From positions 1,056,001-1,120,000 of the forward strand of contig OZ220480.1 in the NCBI GenBank assembly GCA_965116025.1: DNA of 64,000 nucleotides, in the 5' to 3' direction. Below the pieces are notes generated by a model. It worked only from the letters and a program-made list of their open reading frames with translations, searched no databases and had not been told where the DNA came from. Each line of letters begins with the position of its first letter. Position 1 is the first letter of the stretch. A program made the translations under genes and the position numbers. Shown in pieces: positions 57,471 through 64,000 of this stretch. This DNA comes from an uncultured candidatus Porisulfidus sp. (GTDB taxonomy: Bacteria; Pseudomonadota; Gammaproteobacteria; Poriferisulfidales; Poriferisulfidaceae).

Positions 57471-58292
57471 CGCGTCGAAGCAACCGAACCAGAATCCGGG
57501 GAGATCGCCCTCGGCTTCCGCTTGGAACAGTTCCACTAGATTAAGAGACGGAGCCCGCGCGGCGGGCAGGAACGATCCGGCCGTCAACGCGGGACGCCCA
57601 CCCTGCAGTCGATGCAGCCAGGTCAGGTACAGGCGCCGGACATGACCGGAGCGCATCAGGATTCCGTTCATCCGCGGCCCGCAGAAAAGATACGCCGTTC
57701 GCGCGCTCATCTCCTTCAGGTTGGCGACCACGTCCTCGGCGCCGACCTCTCCGGAGTCCTTGGCGAGAGCCACGTCGACTCCTCGCTCGCGCAACGCGTC
57801 CACTCGTCGTCTCGGCGCGTCCGCGGGGGCCAGCACCCGCAGCGTCTGGCGGTGGTCGGCGAGCGATGACGGGATTGGGAAGTCCAGGCTTTTGCTGACC
57901 GCTAGCACGGACGGGAAGGAAGCGCCATGGTGGCGCGCGCGGTAGTCGCGCAGGTACTGGAGCTCGGGCGTTTTCGGTAATTGCAGGAGGTTGCCGAGGT
58001 TGCCGCGGCGCAGGTCGCGCAGATAGCCGGCGCTGGTGATCAGGCAGTCGGCTTGGGCCATGAGCTCGTATAGCAGTCTCAGGTCGCGCGGATCGGTCAG
58101 GGTCGCGGGGTGCGTCCAGCCGCCATGGCCATCGTCGACCGCGATGGCGCCGTCCAGACTCATGATGAAGCTGCTGTAGATGTAGGGCTGGCCCACCTTG
58201 GCTCGCTCGACGAGACGGTGCCCGATGCACAGCCCGGACAGCGGATGTCGAGCGGTATCCGGAGGATGCAGGCGGACGAGGGATGTGGGCAT
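57468..58292 (-). CDS. RibD C-terminal/dihydrofolate reductase-like protein
   Basis: PYIYSSFIMSLDGAIA, QADCLITSAGY; ATG 58292. Confidence 0.8.
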   Translation of the reverse strand: MPTSLVRLHPPDTARHPLSGLCIGHRLVERAKVGQPYIYSSFIMSLDGAIAVDDGHGGWTHPATLTDPRDLRLLYELMAQADCLITSAGYLRDLRRGNLGNLLQLPKTPELQYLRDYRARHHGASFPSVLAVSKSLDFPIPSSLADHRQTLRVLAPADAPRRRVDALRERGVDVALAKDSGEVGAEDVVANLKEMSARTAYLFCGPRMNGILMRSGHVRRLYLTWLHRLQGGRPALTAGSFLPAARAPSLNLVELFQAEAEGDLPGFWFGCFDA

Positions 58293-58346
58293 GGCGGCGC
58301 GCGCCCGTACAATATAGCAAGAGGCCCCGCCGCCCGGACAAAAACC

Positions 58347-59648
58347 TTGGAAACGTTCGATCTGAGAGGATTCCGCGAGATCGCGCCCTACGCGCGCGCC
58401 CACCGGGACCAGACTTTCGTCTTGTGTTTGGACAGCGCGATTCTGGAGAGGCCCGGAAGGGACGCGCTGCTGCAGGATGTCGCGCAACTGCAGGCGCTTG
58501 GGATCCGGCTCGTCGTGGTGTTCGGCGCGCGCGCGCGAATTGATCGCAAGCTTCCTGATTCGGGGTTTCACTCGGGCTGGCGGATTACCCGCGCCGCTGA
58601 CATGCCGGCCGTGCTGGAAGCCGTGGGCTCCCTGCAGTGCGAGATTCAGGCGCGACTGTCCCGGGGGCTAATGAACACGCCGATGGCGGGCATGCGGTTG
58701 CGCGTGCTGACTGGCAACCTCGTCGCCGCCCGGCCCAGAGGGGTGCGCGACGGGGTGGATTTCGAGCGTACCGGCGAGGCGCGCAGGGTGGCGGCCGCTA
58801 CGGTGGACAGCCTGTTGCGGCAGGACGCGATCGTCCTGATTCCGCCGCTCGGCTATTCGGCGACCGGCGAGACCTTCAATCTCGACGCCGCGTCCCTGGC
58901 CTGCACGGTAGCCCAGTCCGTTTCCGCGGACAAACTGATCTATTTGCATGCGGAAGCGTCGCCGCGCTCCCGTGGCGGGCCGATCCGGCAGCTGACCTCG
59001 GGCGAGGCGCTGACGTTGATTCGCCGGCGGAAGCTCAGCCCGATCCTTCGTCCGATGCTGCAGGGCGCCGTGGACGCGAGCTTGTCCGCGGTGGGCCGCG
59101 TCCACCTCCTCGACGCGCGGCGCGATGGCGCGTTGCTGCAGGAGTTGTTCACCCGGACGGGGGTCGGGCTCATGGTCACGCGCGCCGATACCTGCGCGCC
59201 CCGACAGGCGGAGATCACGGACATAGGGGGCATCATGGGTTTGCTGTCGCCGCTGATCGAGCGCGGGGTTCTGGCGGAGCGGACTCGGGAAGAGCTGGAG
59301 CCGCGCATCCACAACTTCCGCGTGATCGAGTTGGACGGGCTGATCGCGGGTTGCGTCTGTCTGCGCCCACTCAGCGAGACCCACGCGGAGCTGATTTGCT
59401 TGGCGGTCCACCCGGACTACCAGCGCCAGGGGTTCGGTCACGCCCTGTTGGAAGACGCGGAGGCCCACGCGATCCAGAGCGGGCTACGGCAGATCTGCGT
59501 CCTCACCACGCGGGCCATGCACTGGTTCTGGGAACAAGGGTTCCGGTCTTCCTCGCCTCGCTCCTTGCCGGTCGCGCGGCGGAAGTTCTACAACGACCGG
59601 CGCAACGCCAAAGTGTTGATCAAGGCCTTGGGTGACCGGCATGGGTGA
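58347..59648 (+). CDS. argA: Amino-acid N-acetyltransferase (N-acetylglutamate synthase)
   Basis: FREIAPY..AHR, GVDF..TG, LLQELFT, C-terminal GNAT domain; TTG start approximate. Confidence 0.92.
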   Translation: METFDLRGFREIAPYARAHRDQTFVLCLDSAILERPGRDALLQDVAQLQALGIRLVVVFGARARIDRKLPDSGFHSGWRITRAADMPAVLEAVGSLQCEIQARLSRGLMNTPMAGMRLRVLTGNLVAARPRGVRDGVDFERTGEARRVAAATVDSLLRQDAIVLIPPLGYSATGETFNLDAASLACTVAQSVSADKLIYLHAEASPRSRGGPIRQLTSGEALTLIRRRKLSPILRPMLQGAVDASLSAVGRVHLLDARRDGALLQELFTRTGVGLMVTRADTCAPRQAEITDIGGIMGLLSPLIERGVLAERTREELEPRIHNFRVIELDGLIAGCVCLRPLSETHAELICLAVHPDYQRQGFGHALLEDAEAHAIQSGLRQICVLTTRAMHWFWEQGFRSSSPRSLPVARRKFYNDRRNAKVLIKALGDRHG

Positions 59649-61071
59649 CGAGATCCGGACGGATCAGTTCAGCGAGGCTGACGCAAGAAACTTCCATCAG
59701 GCGCTGGAGCGCGAGACGGAGTTGCTGGGACGCTGGTTTCGGGAGCGGCGCTTCGACGATCACGACTATCAGGTCGGATTCGAGCTAGAGGCTTGGCTGG
59801 TCGACCTGGATTGCCATCCGCTGCCGCACAACGACGCCTATTTGGATCGGCACGACAATCCCCTGTGCTTGCCGGAACTGTCGCGGTTCAACATCGAGTT
59901 CAACACGCCGCACGCCCGGGTGGGGCCCGGCATGCTCTCCCGCCTCCACCGGCAACTGGACGAATCCTGGAAGCGGGCGACCGAGGTCGCGGAATCCATG
60001 GATATGCGGCTCGGCATGATCGGCATTCTTCCAACCGTGCAGGAAAGCGATTTGACGGTGGACAGCATGAGCCGGTTGAAACGCTACCGAGCCCTCAACG
60101 AGCGGGTCATGGAGTTGCGCAAGAATCGTCCGTTGCAGATCGATATTCGTGGGCGCGACCACCTGTGCAGCCTGCACGAGGACGTGATGCTGGAGTCCGC
60201 CTGCACCTCGTTCCAGGTCCATCTTCAGGTGCCGCAGTCGCGTACGACCCTCGCCTACAACGCGTCGCTGGCCCTGTCCGCGGCCACGGCCGCGATATCC
60301 TGCAACGCGCCGTTCCTGTTCGGTATGGATCTGTGGGACGAGACGCGGGTGCCCCTGTTCGAGCAGGCGGTCAGCTTGTCCACCTTCGCTGGCCAGGCCC
60401 AGCAACGCCTCGGCCGAGTCGGTTGCGGTAGCGGTTACGCGCGCGAATCCCTGCTGGAGTTCTTCGAGGAGAACCTGAACGTCTTTCCAGTCATTCTCCC
60501 GCAACCCTTCCAGGTGGAAGACGAGCGGTTCCTGCACCTGAAACTGCACAACGGCACGATCTGGCGCTGGACCCGCCCGCTGATCGGTAGCGAGAGCGGC
60601 GTGCCGCACCTGCGCATCGAGCATCGGGTCATGCCCTCGGGTCCGACCGGGATCGACATGATCGCGAACCTGGCGTTCTGGGTCGGGGCGATGATGGCGG
60701 TCCTGGAGGGGGGAGAGGAATCCGCCCTGAATATCCCCTTCGCGGTGGCGCGGGAGAATTTCTATCGCTCGGCCTGTTCTGGACTGGACGCGAAACTCGT
60801 CTGGATCGACGGCGCCGAGCGCCCGGTCGCCGATCTAATCTTGGAGACTCTGCTGCCAATGGCGCGCCGGGGCCTGAAGGTGAGCGGTTTGAACGAGCCG
60901 GAGGTCGGACGCTATCTCGACATCATCAAGGCCCGCGTCGAGAAACGGCGCACCGGGGCGCGCTGGATGCGCGCCTGGCGCTACGCGCACGACGGGAACA
61001 TGGGAACCATGGTCGGGGCCTATCTGGCGCGCCAGCAGAGCGCGCTGCCGGTGCATGAGTGGTCGCTGTGA
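59641..61071 (+). CDS. Glutamate-cysteine ligase family 2 (GCS2)-like protein
   Basis: GFELE, ELSRFNIEFN, TSFQVHLQV, HNGTIWRWTRP, LRIEHRV. Confidence 0.85.
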   Translation: MGDEIRTDQFSEADARNFHQALERETELLGRWFRERRFDDHDYQVGFELEAWLVDLDCHPLPHNDAYLDRHDNPLCLPELSRFNIEFNTPHARVGPGMLSRLHRQLDESWKRATEVAESMDMRLGMIGILPTVQESDLTVDSMSRLKRYRALNERVMELRKNRPLQIDIRGRDHLCSLHEDVMLESACTSFQVHLQVPQSRTTLAYNASLALSAATAAISCNAPFLFGMDLWDETRVPLFEQAVSLSTFAGQAQQRLGRVGCGSGYARESLLEFFEENLNVFPVILPQPFQVEDERFLHLKLHNGTIWRWTRPLIGSESGVPHLRIEHRVMPSGPTGIDMIANLAFWVGAMMAVLEGGEESALNIPFAVARENFYRSACSGLDAKLVWIDGAERPVADLILETLLPMARRGLKVSGLNEPEVGRYLDIIKARVEKRRTGARWMRAWRYAHDGNMGTMVGAYLARQQSALPVHEWSL

Positions 61072-61075
61072 GCGA

Positions 61076-62080
61076 ATGGAACTGCTGAGGATTTTGGACC
61101 ACTTGCCGCCTGGCTTGGCGGACTGCCCGGCTGATGGGCTGGAAGAGGTTCTTGGCGGGCCGACTCTGCTACACCTGTCAGGAGAGCGGCCCGACCCGTT
61201 GTTCCTGTCGGTCCTACTGCACGGAAACGAGATCGCCGGGTGGGAGGCGACGCGCGGGATCCTGCGGGATTTCGCGGAGGCGCGTCTGCCGCGCTCTCTG
61301 TCCATCCTGATCGGCAACGTCACGGCCGCCCGGGTTGGGGCGCGTCGGCTCGACGGCCAGCCGGACTACAATCGGATCTGGAACGGTGGCGACAGTCCAG
61401 AGCATCGCATGGCTCGTCAGGTGGTTGAGGATATGCGCCGCCGCGGCCCCGTCGCCAGCATCGACGTGCACAACACGACCGGGCCGAATCCGCACTACGC
61501 TTGCGTCAACTCGATGGACGGCCGCTTCCTGTATCTGGCGAAGCGATTCTCCCGGACCGCAGTGTATTTTCGGGCGCCGCTCGGGATGCAGTCCATGGCG
61601 TTCCGCGAGATCTGCCCGTCCGTGACCATCGAGTGCGGTTTGCCGGAGAGCCCGGAAGGCATCGTCCACGCCAAGGCGTATCTGGAGCAGCGCCTGTTCG
61701 AGGAATCGATACCGGACCGCGCGCCAAGCAGAGACGACCTGGAGCTGTTCCATACCCGGGCGCGGGTGAGAATCCCGGAAGGGACGCGATTCAGCTTTCG
61801 GGATCAGGCGGCCGATTTCTACATGCGGGGGGAGTTGGTGGAGCGAAACTTCAAGGAGTTGCCGGCGGAGACAGTTTTTGGGACGTGGGGAAAGGGAGTC
61901 GTTCCGCGTCTCCGGGTCGAGGATGAGGGCGGGAAAGACGTTTTCGATATGTATTTCGAGAATCGGGGACGGCGCCTGACGGTTCGGCAACCGTTCTTCC
62001 TGTCGATGCTGACCACGCGGGATAAGATCGTCGAGCAGGACTGTCTGTGTTATCTCATGGAGCGGATGATGGAGCGCTGA
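61076..62080 (+). CDS. M14 succinylglutamate desuccinylase/aspartoacylase-like peptidase
   Basis: LHGNE, DYNRIW, IDVH, IECG. Confidence 0.85.
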   Translation: MELLRILDHLPPGLADCPADGLEEVLGGPTLLHLSGERPDPLFLSVLLHGNEIAGWEATRGILRDFAEARLPRSLSILIGNVTAARVGARRLDGQPDYNRIWNGGDSPEHRMARQVVEDMRRRGPVASIDVHNTTGPNPHYACVNSMDGRFLYLAKRFSRTAVYFRAPLGMQSMAFREICPSVTIECGLPESPEGIVHAKAYLEQRLFEESIPDRAPSRDDLELFHTRARVRIPEGTRFSFRDQAADFYMRGELVERNFKELPAETVFGTWGKGVVPRLRVEDEGGKDVFDMYFENRGRRLTVRQPFFLSMLTTRDKIVEQDCLCYLMERMMER

Positions 62081-62253
62081 GGGTGGCTTCGTTTCGCGTT
62101 CTCGACGATCAACACCACGGATTGGCAACGCTTCTCTATCTCATCGTGATTTAGAAGCGGTGCCGATGCTCAAGAGCGAATGCAGTAACTTCCAGCTCCG
62201 CGCCTCATATTACGCCAAACTGCTTGCGTTGGATTTTGGATTATGGACGAAAC

Positions 62254-64000
62254 CTAAAACCCACTGGGCATCGTTGGGTCCTCGCCTTCTCCGATCAAAT
62301 AAGGAGCAGTTCGATCAACCAAGTTTTTCTCAAAATGTTGGCCATATTTTTTTGCGGCCTTACAGAGATTTTCGCAAGCTGATTCCGCATCCTCGCCGGA
62401 GTGTAGGAACCAGTCTTGGTGGGAATAGCGTACCTGACAAAGCCCGCGATATCCCATCGTGATATACCGAAGCTCCAAGCTGCGCTGTGGCCGCACGCGC
62501 CGTGACCGACCTTTCGCTCTGGGGCGAGGGTCTGATTTCCCTTTCAGCAGGTTGTCCAATTGTTGCCGCAAAAAGTTCGCGACTCGGTCGAATCGATCCT
62601 TACTCTCGCCAAGAACTAATCGGGCGGAAACTCTTCGCGCCAATGGGTGCGTCACGGCAGCGAGCAGATACTTGTCTTGGGCTGTTCCCCCTTCACGCAC
62701 CCATTGTCCAAGCAGACCGTCGAACACTTGCCTTAGCGCGTCGTCTTCTCGTATAGCCCGGCCGATTCCTTGGTAGATTGCCCAAGCTGAGAATTCATTT
62801 TCGACATGCAGGGCCGTTCCTTCCGGGCCTTCGGGGCTTAGGGCCGCACGCAGCAATATTTCGACCGTTTTTGTTGGGCACCCGGTGAACAGCCATGTCA
62901 GAGGAAGGTGCAGGCGGTTGGCAATAGGAGGTTGCAGAATTGTTTGGGAGTTCACATGGTCTTCCAGATCATGAAGCAATATCTGGGTCGATTTCTCGAG
63001 CAACTCATAGGACTCTGATTTTGGTGGTCGACCATCGGAACCGAGAGGGAAAACGGCATCTCTCCAGTTTTTCTGCGTCGTCTTGTATATCTTGTCCCTA
63101 AGCTGAGCATTGCCATTCCCCAATCGCACCACTTGCTCCAGCAGGGAGCAAAGCTCAAGCCATGCTCTCTGATCAGGCTTGAAGATGTAGAGTTCCGGAA
63201 TGCCGCCCAGTTCTGGTGGTGGTTTCGTTTCCATTTCACTCCACCTAACATCAGTTAGTAACTGCTTTTCTTGTGACAGATGCTCGACGATCTCGATTCG
63301 AGCTTCTCCAGATAGCGGGCGCACTCTTGCCAAAGGTTCCACTACCCGCTTGTGGTCACTGGGATCAATATGGTGTCGGGTGTATCGTTCATTCCAATTT
63401 TTCCTGTCTCCGCGTCGAAGATGGAGAAGGACGTATTCGATGCCGGGCGCGAGCGTCACAGATCTACTAATATTGGGTCGTGTGCGATAGGGTTCCCCAG
63501 CGGGTATCGCCTGTTTCCTAGGGACTACGGCTTTCCACTCGATTTTTGCTCTGCTATTTTCGCTACTCGTTGATTCCGGGCGGACTTCCAATTCAATTGA
63601 TGGCACCTCGTCGAGCCAAGCCGGGACACTGCGGTCTCGACCAAGCTTCAAGGCTAAATCCAAAGCCGCCTTGGATGCGTCTTGGTTGGAAACTTTAACA
63701 ACGGGAATGTTGGGCGCGCGATTTTGGACGACGAGCGCGAGCTTCGTAGTCGTCTCGGTTCCAAACGGACTTTCAACGACGATCACTCGCGGATCCTTTT
63801 TGCTATCGATGAATGATTGGATCTTTTCCTCGAGTTGTGGTGGTAGCGCGGGTGACGGCCATCTTTTGGGTGCTGGCCTTTGATGCAGAACCTCCCAGTC
63901 TCCTTCAGGCGTGGGCCAGCACCAGTGTTCCAATGCCTCCATATCCATACCGATTTTCGCCAGTGACTTCGGACGCATGCCGGCGGATAGAAGCTCTATA
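62254..64000 (-). CDS. Hypothetical protein, 5' end outside the window
   Basis: At least 574 aa; frame stays open to the edge; visibly more AT-rich than neighbours; no motif recognised. Confidence 0.7.
   Translation of the reverse strand, partial: IELLSAGMRPKSLAKIGMDMEALEHWCWPTPEGDWEVLHQRPAPKRWPSPALPPQLEEKIQSFIDSKKDPRVIVVESPFGTETTTKLALVVQNRAPNIPVVKVSNQDASKAALDLALKLGRDRSVPAWLDEVPSIELEVRPESTSSENSRAKIEWKAVVPRKQAIPAGEPYRTRPNISRSVTLAPGIEYVLLHLRRGDRKNWNERYTRHHIDPSDHKRVVEPLARVRPLSGEARIEIVEHLSQEKQLLTDVRWSEMETKPPPELGGIPELYIFKPDQRAWLELCSLLEQVVRLGNGNAQLRDKIYKTTQKNWRDAVFPLGSDGRPPKSESYELLEKSTQILLHDLEDHVNSQTILQPPIANRLHLPLTWLFTGCPTKTVEILLRAALSPEGPEGTALHVENEFSAWAIYQGIGRAIREDDALRQVFDGLLGQWVREGGTAQDKYLLAAVTHPLARRVSARLVLGESKDRFDRVANFLRQQLDNLLKGKSDPRPRAKGRSRRVRPQRSLELRYITMGYRGLCQVRYSHQDWFLHSGEDAESACENLCKAAKKYGQHFEKNLVDRTAPYLIGEGEDPTMPSGF

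Noticed and set aside
1-64000. CRISPR array, cas genes or rRNA
   Set aside because: No regularly spaced repeats or recognisable cas or rRNA sequence seen by eye

Overview
GC-rich bacterial DNA, most consistent with a sulfur-oxidising gammaproteobacterium (inference from gene content; a host-associated lifestyle is plausible but cannot be shown here). The backbone carries a Sox cluster without soxCD (soxXYZAKB, a heme-binding protein, a SoxW-like thioredoxin; 10.7-16.2 kb), a complete reverse-Dsr operon (dsrABEFHCMKLJOPN; 37.3-50.0 kb), housekeeping genes (tatA, rpe, nnr, tsaE, amidase, argA) and two tRNAs. Between sox and dsr lies a ~21 kb accessory region with an orphan C5 methyltransferase, a DUF433/PIN toxin-antitoxin pair and an ~18 kb RiPP cluster. 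That cluster has two nitrile-hydratase-like-leader (NHLP) precursors with Cys-free, period-3 Ser/Thr cores, a leader-only NHLP protein, a LanM-like dehydratase with a degenerate cyclase, two YcaO cyclodehydratases, a SagB dehydrogenase and a full NHLP exporter. A decayed second copy of parts of it sits between dsrP and dsrN inside an ~87 bp duplication. An IS1111-type IS110 element (50701-52100) has readable bridge/seek-RNA guides that match its insertion site, the FDT motif of a DUF1640-like gene. An autotransporter with a G24 tract lies between the two tRNAs.
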